Positions 39,460 through 53,234 of a stretch of DNA of 64,000 nt are shown here, piece by piece. The stretch lies in contig NC_042998.1 of assembly GCF_006345805.1 (NCBI RefSeq), positions 138,942,001 to 139,006,000 on the forward strand, in the 5' to 3' direction. This stretch comes from Octopus sinensis (lineage: Eukaryota). Numbering within the stretch: the first letter of the stretch is position 1; every line of letters begins with the position of its first letter. Under the pieces are notes generated by a model that ran no database searches, was not told the DNA's origin, and saw only the letters and a list, made by a program, of their open reading frames with translations. Both the position numbers and the translations under genes were made by a program.

Positions 39460-40169
39460 CTGACAAATAGCATATATGCTGCATTTTAATTAACATTGAA
39501 AACAGTAAATTGTTAACAACATACTATTTCATTAACAACATATAAAATATGGGAACCAAACCAGCAGCAGTAGCAACAGCATTATTTTAATGTTCATACT
39601 TTTTCCATACTTGCATGAGTCAGACAGAATTTGTTGAGGCAGGTTTTTTATGGCCGGATGCCCTTCCTGTTGCCAATTCTCACCCGTTTCCAAAGAAATA
39701 TTTTCCCATGGCTGGATAAGTTTGCATGGGAGATTGAGAACAAAGGACACTGCTTGTATGATGGTGAGATTTGTTTACAATAATCATGTATCATCAAGGC
39801 AAGGACCATGGTAATGTTTACATTGTAGTTGTGTGATCATTGTGCATATAGAGTACATGTATTGCATACACCAGATTGTTATCATGAGCTTGAATTGTTG
39901 CACATGTTGTCTTGTCTTGAAATGATTTACTGTAAGCATCAAATTATTCACAGCCATGAAATTTTGTGATTTGTTGCATGCTTTGATTTTCTTTACTGAT
40001 CTGTGCTGCACCCATCCTGCCATTTTTTTTTTGCGAGGATAACAAACTATTTGTTTTTATTTACTTTAATTAAAAAACTTATTAATCATAATGACATTTT
40101 ACTTTATTAATCTTAATGACATTTTACTTTTCTTTTTCCTCTTTTTTCACGTATATCATTATCTCATGT

Positions 40170-42537
40170 ATTTTTCCTTCTGCCCTTTATACATTGTGCA
40201 GAATATTAGGACCACCAGCTAAGAAACGATGTCATTCAACTGAAGAGGTTATTAGAGAATTTCAAAAATACTGGACTGTAAAGTTGAGTATGACTAAGAA
40301 AGACAATAAAGCATTATGTATTTTCTGTTCCGAAACTGTTGTTTGTAGAACTTCTTCTGTAAAAAGGCATTTTGAAAGTGTTCATAAGAACTAAGCAATA
40401 AAACTGAAGAAGAACAAAAAAAAAATATTTTCTCGTGAACTCAGCAAAACAAAAAGAAACAGGATGATACTTTTATAAGCTTTATCTTCAGCAAGCCCAG
40501 TTCCAATTTAGTTGCTGCTAGTTTTGAGGTTTCAAAAGTTATTGCCCAACATGGAAAGCCACTCAGTGATGGGGAATATATTAAAGAAGCTTTGTTAGAG
40601 TGTGCACCTTTCCTGTTTGACAATTTTTCAGAAAAGGAAAAGATTATTCAGCACATTAAAGAATTGTCTGTGAGTAGGAGAACAGTTAAGGATAGAATAC
40701 TTAAGTTGGAGAAGAAAATTTCTGAACAACTGACAAAAGATTTGTCATCATGTAAGTTTTTTTTCTATTTCTATTGATGAAAGTACAGGTATTACATCAT
40801 CAGCTAGGTTAGCCATTTTTTCTCGATTTTGTAAAGGTGATGAAATATGTGAAGAGATGGTTGCCCTTCTAAAACTGCTTGAATGTACTACTGGGGCTGA
40901 AATATGTAAAGCAGCTGTGAATGAATTCTCTTCTCGACAAATTGACATTTCAGAAGTAGTATCCATCACAACAGATCGTATCCCCAGCATGAGTGGTGAG
41001 AAGGCAGGATTTGTAAATCTGTTTGCAAAAGAAGTTGGTCATACACTGACAGGTGGTCATTGCATCATACATGAGAAGGTTTTATGTGCAAAAGTTGGCC
41101 TGAAGGAACTTCAGGAAGTGATGCAAACTGTTACCAAGGTTGTTAACTACATTTCTGCTCAGGCTTTAAATGATTTCGAGTTTTACTGAATGAGGTTGAA
41201 TCTGTGTATAAAGGACTGAAAATGTACAACAATGTTCAATGGTTAGCTGAGGTTTGGTTCTGAAACAATTTGTTGAATGTTTAAATGAGATAAACTTCTT
41301 TTTGAATGACCACCATGTTTCTTATCAAGAATTGTCTGACATCATGTGGGTTTGTAAACTGGTGTTTTTTGCAGATTTTTGAGAACATTTGAATAACTTG
41401 AATGTTAAATTACAGGGCTCTGGTAAGACACTTGATGCTATGTATGGTTACATAAAGGTTTTCGAAATGAAACTAGAAGTTTTTAAGAGGGATGGGGACA
41501 ATGAGAGATTTAGATACTTCCCAAACCTAAAGAGGTACATCAATAATCTCTCAAAAGATGACAGAAGAGAGTGCCAATGTCTTCAAAAGATGTTTGTAAA
41601 CATTATCAAGTCAACTGTTGAGCAGTTATTTATAAGGTTTGCTAAATTCAGGAAACTAGAAGACAGCAAAATTCGTGAAGTTTCCAGACATCATCAAACT
41701 GGAAGAACTAAACTTACAAATGTTTCCATGGATAGACATGGTTGATTTTCAAATGCAGTTGATTGAATTTCAAAGTAGCTCAATTTTGAAGCAAAAATTT
41801 ATTGACCTTAGAATTGGCTTAGAAAATATTGGGAAAAAGTGATTAGAAACAGGAGTACCAGAGAGAAGTGTGGGAAAATAATTAATAAGGTCTTAGAATG
41901 CCATTCCAGAAAATGTTTCCAACTTAAAAAACTTTTCAACAGCACTAATATCCATGTTTCCATTAACATATGCCTGTGAATCTTTGTTCTTAGCGATGAA
42001 CTTTGTAAGTCTTGTAATAGGAGTAACCTGATGGATGAAACTAGTAGTGCATGCATATCTCTGAAGGTTACAAAATATAAACCCGATGTAAAATCTCTGC
42101 CATCCGTGATACAGCAGCAGAAATCCCAATGATAATACTGTATATACATGTATATCGAAAGGAGTCAGCAAGTTTTCTGTCAAACTGATATTTCATCTGA
42201 CTGATGTTTTGTTTTGAAAGTGGCAAAGGTTGTCTGCAAGTTTTCTGCCCAACTGATATTTTACCTGGTGTTTTCTTTTGAAAGAGGAAAAGGTTCATTG
42301 TTGTTTAGATGTAACTTTGAAGGTGAATAAATACATTTTCCATCATTATATACTGTGTTTTACAACTCTATGGTGATATTTTATCATTTATTAAAAAAGT
42401 TCTTAACATACACTTTATTAAAAGATATCAAGTAGCCTAATAGGTTCTCAAAAAAAATTGGTTGGCATGTGGAAAAATTTTGTGCCAGAGATTTTGCCAG
42501 TTTTGGCAAGCACTCTCAAAAAGGTTGCCCATCCATG
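40170..42537 (+). mobile_element. hAT (Buster/SPIN/Charlie-like) transposon relic with disrupted transposase
   Basis: BED-like finger ALCIFCSE..SSVKRHFESVH, DEST and LAIFSRF, ITTD..PSMSG, HCIIH motifs, many stops. Decayed 3' TIR AAAAGGTTGCCCATCCATG at ~42520-42537. Confidence 0.9.
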
Positions 42538-42871
42538 GACTAGGGTGTTAGAAATACCTACTTTGCTAGAAATAAGAGCTAAAATGCTCTAATGTTGTAG
42601 TCAAAGCGCATAATTATATACATATATATTGACAGGGATTATAATCATCTGAAAACACCATTCAAGAATTCCTTATATTGACCAGTCAGTTTCAGCAATT
42701 TCTGTTGCCTCATCATGGCAGATTCAAGACTTAATTTTGAGAATATATATTTTCACCATAAAAATCTCTGGATGATTTAGCGAATCACTAATGCGCATAC
42801 AGAAAATTAATATAGACAGTGGTTTGAAATGTTTTACCAAAAAGGAAAACTATAATTGTCAGTAAATATGA

Positions 42872-43131
42872 CTAGAGTGTTAGAAACATCTACATTGCTA
42901 GAAATAAGAGCTAAAATGCTCTAATGCTGTAATCAAAGCACATAATTGTATACATATATACTGACAGGGACTATAATCATCTGAAAACACTTCAATAATT
43001 CATTATACTGACTGGTGTTTTTGGACGATTATAGTCCCTCTCAGTATGTAGGAATACAATTATGTGCTTTGACTACAGAATAAAAGCATTTTAGCTTTAT
43101 TTTAGCAATGCAGGTGTATCTAACACTCTAG
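42872..43131. mobile_element. Palindromic MITE (~260 bp), with a partial copy at ~42540-42690
   Basis: CTAGAGTGTTAG...CTAACACTCTAG; arms pair over ~115 bp. Confidence 0.8.
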
Positions 43132-43324
43132 TGTATATATATATTCATATGTATGTGGCTGTGTGGTAAGAAGCTTGCTTCCCAACCAAATGGTTCCAGG
43201 TACAGTCCCATTGTGTGATACTTTGGGCAAATGTCTTCTACTATAATCTTAGACCAACCAATGCCTCCGGCTGACCAAAGCCTCATGAGTGAATTATAGT
43301 AGATGGAAACTGAAAGAAGTCCAT

Positions 43325-43363
<39 letters not shown>

Positions 43364-43536
43364 ATATATACATACATACATATATATATATATAAGAAAT
43401 TAAAGAAGTAAAATGTACACACTTTACATAGTTTTAATATAATTTTTTTCCTTCTTTAATTTCTTATTTATATTACAACTCACAACATGGGGATAATCAA
43501 AATTCCTCCCTTTCTGTTACTTATGTGTGTGTGTGT

Positions 43537-43587
<51 letters not shown>

Positions 43588-43589
43588 AT

Positions 43590-45740
43590 GTATGTATGTA
43601 GGGACCAGCTATCCAAATTGACAGTACTTTGATAGATAAAGCAATTAAGAGTATGAAGACGGAAAACCTCTGGCCCATCAGGAATCACAGCAGAGAAGCT
43701 TAAAATATCTGGCAGTGTCGGCTATAGTCTAGTCTCCCTGATAGTCAGTCAATCAGGTGATACATGAAGGAGTCATACTCATTGACTGGTGTAGCAGAAC
43801 CATAGTCAACTGCTACAAAGGTAAAGATGATGCATTAGATACGAATAATTACAGAGGTATCAAGTTGTTGGATCAGGTAATGAAAGTCACGGAGAGGGTC
43901 ATAGCCCAACTAATTAGGGAGAGAGTCAGGTTAGATGAGATGCAGTTTGGGTTTGTGCCAGAGAAAAGCACCACTGATGCTATACTTCTGGTAAGGCAGG
44001 TACAGATAAAATACCTAGTCAAAGATAAACCTCTGTACCTGGCTTTCATTGACATAGAGAAAGCCTTTGAAAAGTCATCCGATCCCTTATCCAATGGTCA
44101 ATGCAGAAACTAGGAAAAGATGAGTGATTAGTGAGAGCTGTAAAAGCCATGTACAGGGATGCTGTCAGTAAGGTGAGGGTTGGCAATGAGTACAGTGAAG
44201 AATTCCAGGTAGGGGAGGGATCCACCAAGGATCAGTCCTCAGCACACTCTTATTCATCAGAGTCCTCCAGGCAATAACTGAGGAATTCAAGACAGGATGC
44301 CCTTGGGAGGTTCTCTATGCTGATGACCTTGCTCAAATAGCTGGGTCACTATCAGAACTAGAGGAGAAGTTTCAGGTGTGGAAGTATGGTCTAGAATTGA
44401 AGGGTCTTAGAGTCAATCTAGCAAAAACCAAAATCTTAATAAGTAGGAAGGCAGACAAACCACAAATCCCTTCAGGTAGATGGCCCTGACTGATCTGGAG
44501 AAAAGGGGTAGTTAAAAACTCCATAAGACGTACTCAGTGTAAGCTATGGACACATAAGAGGTGCAGCAATATCAAAGGAAGGTTAACTGAGAAGATAGTT
44601 TTTGTGTGTGGCAAATGCTCAGGGGCAATAAACACTGAAAATATGCAGAAAGCAGCTTCCGTCAAATGCCGGGGGAAAAAACTACAAGTAGTTGATAGCT
44701 TCCGTTACCTTGGTGACCAAGTCAGTAGCAGGTGTGGATGCTCTGAGAGTGTAGCTGCTAGAATAAGAATAGCCTGGGCAAAATTCACAGAGCTCCTACT
44801 CTGCTGATGACAAAGGGCCTCTCACTCAGAGTAAAAGGCAAACTGCATGATGCATGTGTGCAAACAGCCATGCTACATGGCAGTGAAACATGGGCTGTGA
44901 CTACTGAGGACATGTGTAAGCTTGCAAGGAATGAAGCTAGTATGCTTCCTGGATGTGTAATATCAGTGTGCATACACAACAGAGTGTAACTACCTTGAGA
45001 GAAAAGTTGGACGTAAGAAGAATCAGATGTGGTGTGCAAGAGAGACGACTGTGCAGGTATGGTCATGTGTTGCATATGGATGAGGACAGCTGTGTGTCAC
45101 ACCCTAGCAGTAGAGGGAGCCTGCGGAAGAGGTAGACCCAGGAAGACCTCGGATAAGGTGGTGAAGCTTAACCTTTGAATGTTGGGCCTCCTGGAAGCAC
45201 TGACAAATGACCAAGACCTTTGAAGATGTGCTATGCTTGAGAAGACCTGGCAAACCAAGTGAGACCACAACTGTGGAATATGCCAATGCAGCATAACCGG
45301 CCCATTTAAGAGTACCTTTCAACCATTGGGCAATAAACTGTACTTGCAAAGACCTGTTGAGTCAAGTGAAGTCATTGTTGTGGCTGATGACAGTGCCACC
45401 TGACTGGCACCCATGCTGGTGGCACATAAAAAGCACCATTCGAGCGTGGTCGATGCCAGTGCTGGCTGACTGGCTTCCATGCTGGTGGCATGTAAAAAGT
45501 ACCATTCAAACATGGTTAACGCCAGTACCGCCTGACTAGCCCTCATGCTGGTGGCACATAAAAAGCACCCACTACACACTCAGAGTGGTTGACATTAGGA
45601 AGGGTATCCAGCCGTAGGAACTTTGCCAGATCAGACTGGAGCCTGGTGCAGCCTTCTAACTTGCCTGCCCTCAGTCAAACCATCAAACCCATACCAGCAT
45701 GGAAAGCAGATGTTAAACAATGATGAAGATGATAATGATA
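43590..45740 (+). mobile_element. RTE-clade LINE, 5'-truncated, with 3'UTR internal ~66-bp repeats and (GAT)n tail
   Basis: YKGKDDALDTNNYRGIKLL, QFGFVPEKSTTDAI, LAFIDIEKAF, LYADDL, FRYLGDQV, AMLHGSETWA and GRPRKT motifs. 3' fragments also at ~49860-50360 (minus) and ~48880-49020. Confidence 0.92.
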
Positions 45741-45857
45741 TATATATACCCGGGTTCAGTCATGCTGTGTGGCACCTTGGGCAAGTGTCTTCTACAATAG
45801 CCTCGAGCTGACCAGTCTTGTGAATGGGTTTAGTAGACAGTAAATGAAAGAAGCCTA

Positions 45858-45919
<62 letters not shown>

Positions 45920-45941
45920 ATATATATATATATATTTGTGT

Positions 45942-45989
<48 letters not shown>

Positions 45990-45992
<3 letters not shown>

Positions 45993-46300
45993 CCTCACTA
46001 CTGATCACTCCAAACATCATGAAGTTGACTGGATGTTTGATTTTTATCACTCTCGGTACATGTTTTAGGGGCACAGCAAACCAAAAGTTGTTCTGTGTGT
46101 TTACCAGCTGTTCATACTGGAGCTTCCAGTACAAATGCCAAGCAGTATAGCATGTTGTTTCCAAATTTCTGGCAGAGTGAATTGTGTCATGGTGCTTTTT
46201 CTCTCACAAATGGTGCCCAACTGACCCTACTATGCTGTGAAGTCGACAAAATCAAAAAGCAAACAATGCGCAAAGTTAAAAATATAAAATAGCAACAACT
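45990..46300 (-). mobile_element. Fragment of the same maT-like transposase family
   Basis: VPLKHVPRVIKIKHPVNFMMFGVISSE, equivalent to the K.P..VMVFG.VSSEG motif. Confidence 0.65.
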
Positions 46301-47138
46301 TACCCATCACACCCTGTATATATATATATATGTTTGTTTGTATGTATATATGTATGTATGTATGTATGTTTATATTTGTGTGTGTGTGTGTGTGCCTGTA
46401 TCTGTCCCCCACCACTGCTTGACAACTGGAATTGGTGTGTTTGCAGCCACCATAACTTAGGGACTGAACAAAAGAGACTAACAGAATACGGACTAGGCTT
46501 AAAGAAATAAGTCCTGGGGTTGATTTGTTCAACTAAAATCCCTTCAAGATGGTATCCCCCAGAAATGGCTGCAGTCAAAAATGACTGAAATGCAACTGTG
46601 GAATAATTTTTATTTTACATAAGATATTTCATAAGAGCTACTACTATTACAACTACTACCAATACTAATACTACCACTGCCACCACCCATGCAATTAGTA
46701 CCACCACCACCACCACTACTACCACTATAAAGAGAAAACAGAAATAATTTGAAGCAGCTGATGAAAGAGAACAAAAAAGGGAACGACAGAAAGAAGAAAT
46801 AGCTCAAAATAGTTTCACATATTGTTATTTGGAAAACTCTTTATTTTTATTAGCTATGCTAATACTGCACTCACATGCGTGCGCGCTCGCACACACAGGC
46901 ACACACACACATACACATACACATACACACATATATAAGTTGAGCTGGCAGAATCATTTAGCATGCTGGGCATAATGCTTAGCAGCCTTTTGGCTGTCTT
47001 TACATTCTGAGTTCAAAAGCCACCAAGGTCAACTTTGCCCTTCATCCTTTCAAACTCAATAAATTAGGTACCAGTTGAGTACTGGGGCTGATGAAATTGA
47101 CTAGCAGCCTCCCTTTCAGGCCTTGTGCCTATAAGATA

Positions 47139-47350
47139 GGCGTAGGAGTAGCTGTGTGGTAAGTAACTTGCTTATGAACCACATGGTTCCAGGGTCAGTC
47201 CCACTACGTGGCATCTTGGGCAAGTGTCTTCTACTATAGCCTCGTGCTGACCCAAGACTCATGCTGACCAAAGCCTCGTGAGTGCATTTGGTAGAAGGAA
47301 ACTGAAAGAAGCCCATCATATATATGTGTGTATATATATATATATTATAT

Positions 47351-47397
<47 letters not shown>

Positions 47398-47610
47398 ATA
47401 TGTTTGTGTGTCTGTGTTTGTCCCCGCAACATAGCTTGACAACCAATGCTGGTATGTTTACGTCCCCGTAACTTAGCAGTTCGGCAAAAGAGACCGATAG
47501 AATAAGTACTAGGCTTACAAAGAATAAGTCCTGGGGTCAATTTGCTCGACTAAAGGTCGTGCTCCAGCATGGCCACAGTCAAAGGATTGAAACAAGTAAA
47601 GGAGTAAAAG
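47139..47610 (+). mobile_element. tRNA-derived SINE with central microsatellite (octopus OR/OK-like family)
   Basis: GCTGTGTGGTAAG A box, GGTTC/CAGTCCC B box, (TA/TG)n linker and CAGCATGGCCACAGTC...GAAACAAGTAAA tail. Another full copy at 56633-57055 and many partial copies. Confidence 0.8.
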
Positions 47611-47614
47611 AATA

Positions 47615-48108
47615 CAGTAATCACTCGCCATATTGTGGTTCACCTTTTGTGCCCTTAGTATATTGCAGATTTTTTGCTAAAATATGTAAATTTATATCAC
47701 AGAATCCTCAGTATATTGTGGGTTTCTGCAGTTGATAGGTATTTATATTTTCTTAGATTTTAATTGTTTCTGTGGTAAAAATAAGCATTTTCATGCCTAA
47801 AAATTAATAAATTAATAAACAGAAATACAATACAGTACTACACTGTATAATACATTAACTAAAATTATATTAAAAGAAAATACGTAGTGTACTATAGATG
47901 AGTAAGCAAAGAATTGCACATACTCTATAGAAAATGAAACTTGGGAGGTGAGTCTGTGATGTTGTTTTGCATTGATAATAAAAAATATATTTACAAATTA
48001 TAAAAATAATAATGGAAAATATACAGTACAGTACTGTTTTAACTTTGCGGATTTCACCTATTACAGGGGTTTTGGAACATAACACCTGCAATAGGCGAGG
48101 GATTACTG
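47615..48108. mobile_element. Tigger/pogo-like MITE
   Basis: TIRs CAGTAATC(A/C)CTCGCC / GGCGAGGGATTACTG, preceded by TA. Confidence 0.75.
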
Positions 48109-48125
48109 TGTGTGTGTATATATAT

Positions 48126-48176
<51 letters not shown>

Positions 48177-48253
48177 TGACAACAAAAGAATGAGACCTCA
48201 ATATTAGGTAAATAGGGGAATTTATATATGTATAGTTTAGGACAATCAGTAAG

Positions 48254-48328
48254 TTGTCATAATAGGACTCAAGGTTTCAAATGTCGGAGCTAAGAGCTAT
48301 GATGCATCCTCATCGGCTATAATGACAA
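48254..48328 (-). ncRNA. Type I hammerhead relic (U4>C core change) in the intron after DRC3 coding exon 1, sense strand
   Basis: TTGTCATTATAG-CCGATGA-GGATG...CATTT-GAAAC-CTTGA-GTC^CTATTATGACAA. Stem I pairs 11 of 12 positions. Confidence 0.6.
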
Positions 48329-49369
48329 TAGACGCTATAAAAAAACTGTTGAATAAAAGGGAAGTTACTCTAATAGGTAGAAAAAGTATGAAAGGTAAAA
48401 AATACACACCACCATATTCTCACAAAACATAGTTGCGTGCATATATACGTATATATATATATATACATATATGTGTGTGTATATATATGTGTATGTGTGT
48501 GTGTATGTGTATATATATGTGTGTGTGTATGTATGTGTGTGTGTGTGTGTATGTATGTATGTGTATATAAATAGATATGTATCTATATCTTTGTATCTTT
48601 TACTTGTTTCAGTAATTCGACTGTGGCTATGCTGGGGCACTGCCTTGAGGAATTTTTGTCAGAAGGATTGACTCCAGCACTTATCTCCTTTTTAAGCCTA
48701 GTACTTATTTTATTGGCTTCTTTTGCTGAATTGCTAGGTTATGGGAATGTAAGCACACCAACATCGGTTGTCAAGTGGTGGGGGCAGGGACAGACATAGA
48801 CACACACACACACACACACATACAATGATCATCTTTCAGTTTCCATCTACCAAATCCACTAACAAGGCCAGAGCTTTTGGACAAGGATCACCCAGGAAGA
48901 CATGGTATGAAGTAATGAAGGCTAACCTTAACACCCTGAGACTCACAGAGGAAATGACAAAGGACCAGGATATCATGAAAACCTGCTCATCAAGATGAAA
49001 TTGACTTCTGGAAGAACTGTATGAGTATGCATGTATGCATGCATACATGCATACATACTTACATACATACAGTCATCCATACATACAGGCTTGTCCTTTA
49101 CAGGTGCTGATGTCACATAATATGCACTTGTGCCAGTGCTGCATAAATGCACCTGTGCTAGCGATGCATAGAGAGCACCCAGCAAACTCTGTATTAGGAA
49201 GGGCATCTAGCCATAGAAACCATGCCACAACAGACAAATGGGGTTTGGCCAACTCCCTGGCTGACCAGTTCCTGTCAAACCATCCAACCTGTGCCAGCAT
49301 AGAAAACGGACGTTAAACAATGATGATAATGATAACGACAACAACGATGATGATGATGATATATATTTA

Positions 49370-49800
49370 AAGAGATTTGTTGTGTAAGACTGAATCCTGC
49401 TGCCACACATATAGCCTTCCAACAGAAGCTCTCTCCAGCCAGAGTTTAACCACAATCTCCAGCATCATCACAAAGGTATCTGAAGCCCTGTTCGTAGGAG
49501 GGAGCAGCATGATGTCACTTTCACAAGAGACACACTTAAAGACCATCATAGTCTGGAGGAACTTAGTTTTCATGATACATGGGACACATCTTACAACCTT
49601 TACAGTGTTCACAGAACAGTTGTCATGATGTCAGCCTTTTGACACTCAGCATAAATTATCATGATACAGGTAACTCTTTTCCAATATCCAGATGGCTTCC
49701 AATCTACCATGTCAGCTAACTTTTTCTCATCTACAACTTTTATCTCTATGCTCTCCAACACCATTGACTTTATCAATATATCAAAATGTTTCTGAAAAAA
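49370..49800 (-). mobile_element. Fragment of the same maT-like transposase family
   Basis: WKPSGYWKRVTCIMI, MKTKFLQTMMVFKCVSCESD, VVKLWLERASVGRLYVWQQDS. Confidence 0.75.
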
Positions 49801-52800
49801 GGAGACGCAAAACATAATGCTAAATTTAGCCCAAATACCTGGTATCGTCATCATCATCATCATCATCATCACCCTTTAACGTCCGTTTTCCCTGCTGGTA
49901 TGGGTTGGACAGTTTAACCAGAGTTGGCAAGCAGGAGAGCTGCACCAGATTCTAGTCTGATTTGGCCTGGTTTCTATGTTTAGAAGCCCTTCTTAATGCC
50001 AAATGACTTTACAGTATGTGCTGGGTGCTTTTATGTGATACTGGCACTAGTGTTTTTTATGTGGCACTAGCACAAGACTCATACAGGCCAATCCTCTTCA
50101 CCAGGGGATATGGCCTTAACACTTCTGCTGTGGAGGATGTGTCTTCTTGAGTAGAGCAAGTTGTCAGATATCCTAGTCCTTTGTCATTTCCTCTGAAAGG
50201 TTAAGTGTCTGAGTTTCAGTTCTTCATTCCATGTCTTCCTGGGTCTCCCTCTTCCACAAGTTTCATCCACTTCAAGTGATCAGCATTTCTTTATGGAGCT
50301 GTTGACATCCATCCACATCACATGACCAAACCAGCACAGTCTTCTCTCTTGCACAAGTACTCTCCATTCAATCAGTTCCTATTTCATGTCACCCTCCTCT
50401 CCACACCATATCATCCACTGCTCTTCTCCACCATCCTGATACCCCTTTTCTCTCTTGCTGTCCAGATCCATCTCACTTGTTAGCCAGTCTTCATCCATTA
50501 ATATTGTTCTCCACACTCATGTTACAGTGGGCCATCCCCACTCCCTGGACCACCAAATTGTCTCTCCTCGTGCATTACACCAGTTTATCTCACTACTCTG
50601 CTTCTACAGCCGACCCAAACACATCACCTGTCTTCTCCCTTCTACTATCAATAACATCGTGACCACTCTACTGCTAGCATTCTTGTAGTCTCCCAAACTT
50701 GTGCACTCCTCCCTTTAATCCTTCCTCAATCTCTACAGATGTTACTGACATCTTTCTCCTACTTCCGGATGGAGAAACCATGTCAAAGCAGACATTGGAG
50801 CACAATGCAAGCCTTCAGCTCATCAGATATCCTTGTCAAACCATCCAACTTATACCAGCATGGAACATGGACATAAAATAATGATGATGATTTCAGGCTA
50901 CAGATAGAAAAGGCAATGGGCTGTTGTATTATGACAACAGTACCATATCACTGAATTCTCTCGGTCATATTCCAAATCCCTAACTCTATAAACATGTTCC
51001 ATACATAATGAAACTTTTCCATCCCATTACATATTTTCTCATAACACTAAGTAAAATAAAACAAATGAAATATATCCAAACAGAGAGAAACAACTATTTG
51101 AAACTTTAGATTTGGTTGATCAAGAATTTGTATCTGCATTATGTCATTGCTTATCTCCATTACAATTGTTTTCATTTTTTTTGTAGTGTTTTACAGAAAA
51201 AATAGACCAGACGTAAATAGGATACTTTTGAAGAAGTGTCCACATGATTCATAGTAAAACAAAACTTCATTCCTCAGTGTTGACTCATACTAGATTCCAT
51301 GTCATCAGACATGACAAAGGATAAAACTTTTATTGAGAAAATTCTTCAATGCATTTCACACTCACACACTGTATGCCATGTATAGTTCCATTCCATTATC
51401 TATTGAATGAATAAAATGGTTTCATTCTTCCATTCCAATGTTATACTGCTGAATTAAAAAAAAAAAAAGCTGTAAATCTTGAAGCTTTTGTACTTAATAT
51501 CTAATACTGCAGGGTGCAGGCATAACTGTGTGGTTAAGAGGTTTGCTTCCCAACCAGGTGGTTTCAGGTTCAGTTCCACTGGATGGCACCTTGGGTATGA
51601 GTTTTCTACTATAGCCCCAGGCTAACCAAAAGTTAGTGGATTTGGTAGATGGAAACTGAAAGGATTCCATTGTGTGTGTGTGTGTGTGTATGTGTGTGTG
51701 TGTGTGTGTGTGAGTGTGTGTGTGTTTGTGCCTCCTCATCTCGACACCGTGTGACAGTTGTAAATAAGTTCTACCATCATACAAGCAGTGTTATTTATTT
51801 CCAATCTTCCATTAAAACATGTCCAGGCATAGGGAAATACTCCTGCATTTGAAAAGAAATGAGTTGGCAACAGGAGAGGTTAACTGACTATAGAAAAATC
51901 TGCCTCAACCAATTCCATCTGATCTATGCAAGTATGGAAAAGCGTACATTAAGGTAATGTAAAGGATAAAAAGGGACATTAAGGATAAATGATAAAGTCA
52001 ATCCTGTACGAGTAGGTATACTGGTCTCATAGACAACTGAGGTTTGTCTGAGACTTGAAACAGGAGGAGGCAATGATGTATCAGTTTTCTACCTAAAGTG
52101 TTTGCAGGTTATACTTTATATACATCAAAAACTAGAATAAAAGATTCACTATTCTCTTCTTAGTCAGGAGAGGACAGAACATATGGCACTTTACAGAGCC
52201 TCTGAGACTGATGAGAAGGATGGTGAAAGATATCCATAAACCAGAGACCTTATCTATCTATATTCTGTATGGAAAGTAATTTAAGATGCCATCAAGTGGT
52301 GTTAAACTGGATAGTGGATTGACCCTTTACCTGCCCTGTGTATCACATAGGATACACATGACATATTTCCCTGGTGTCCACACATTCCCAGTTTTCTTCA
52401 ACCACTAGAGTAACTTGGGACTTATGGAAGGAATGCTTTATATTACCCAGAACACATATTACTCAGAACGTATGAAGCAAGGGCTAGCTAAAAGTCTGAA
52501 AACAAGCATGGACATTTAGAACAAACTTTGGAAATGGTTTGGACAGGCAAAGGGTTAAGTCAACCAAATTCCATGGTGGAATTTTAACCTTTCATGGTCT
52601 ACTTCAGTGATAGGCTTAATCTGTCTTTGTTATTTACATTCTGGATGGATGGACGAAATGCACAGCAGCATTCTTTCTGGTTTTATGTTCTGAGTTCAAA
52701 TGCTGCTGAGGTCAACTTTGCTTTTCATCCTATTGGAATCTATAAAATAAATACCATTAAGTACCAAGGTCAATGTAACCAATTATCCCCCTCCACTCTG

Positions 52801-53074
52801 CAAAAATTCCGGTTTTGTGTCTATGGTAAAAAGGATTTACATTCTGAATGCAAATAACCAAAATAAATACTGCAAGGCATCTTGTCTTATCTAACACTTA
52901 GTACTTTTTTACCGATTCCAAAAAGATGAGTAGCAAAGGATTTGAACTCATAGTGCAGTGAGGCAGAACAAACACTGTGAGATGTTCTAGCTGATGGTCT
53001 AACAACTCTGCCAATTTGCCATCTTTAGTGAATGAAAGGGAAATAAAGGAGTGAAAAATTAATGCATGACTTAC

Positions 53075-53234
53075 TCTTGAAATCTAATCTGAGATGCAGA
53101 ACATAATCAAAATCAATGCCCTCTTTTTTAACAATTTCTCCAGCCTCATATTTTGGTCCTTGTTCTTCAACTGCTTGAAGTAACATACCTTCCTCAATAA
53201 CTGCTGGTTCAATGGAATCATAGAGGCGGCTCAT
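53075..53234 (-). CDS. DRC3: DRC3/LRRC48 coding exon 1 (MSRLYDSIEPAVIEEGMLLQAVEEQGPKYEAGEIVKKEGIDFDYVLHLRLDFK)
   Basis: Translation matches the DRC3 N-terminus (human MEPRVMDDDMLKLAVGDQGPQEEAGQLAKQEGILFKDVLSLQLDF). Acceptor TTTCTTAG lies 5 nt upstream of the ATG (exon starts at 53239). Donor GTAAGT at 53074, phase 1. Confidence 0.95.

Noticed and set aside
45390-45600. Three ~66-bp repeats with variable parts, superficially CRISPR-like (also at 38570-38710)
   Set aside because: Eukaryotic context; they are internal repeats of the RTE 3'UTR and its derived SINE tail, with no unique spacers and no cas genes.
52201-52240. CTGATGAG...GAAAGATATC hammerhead-like spacing
   Set aside because: The sequence between the motifs cannot form stem II, and stem I does not pair.
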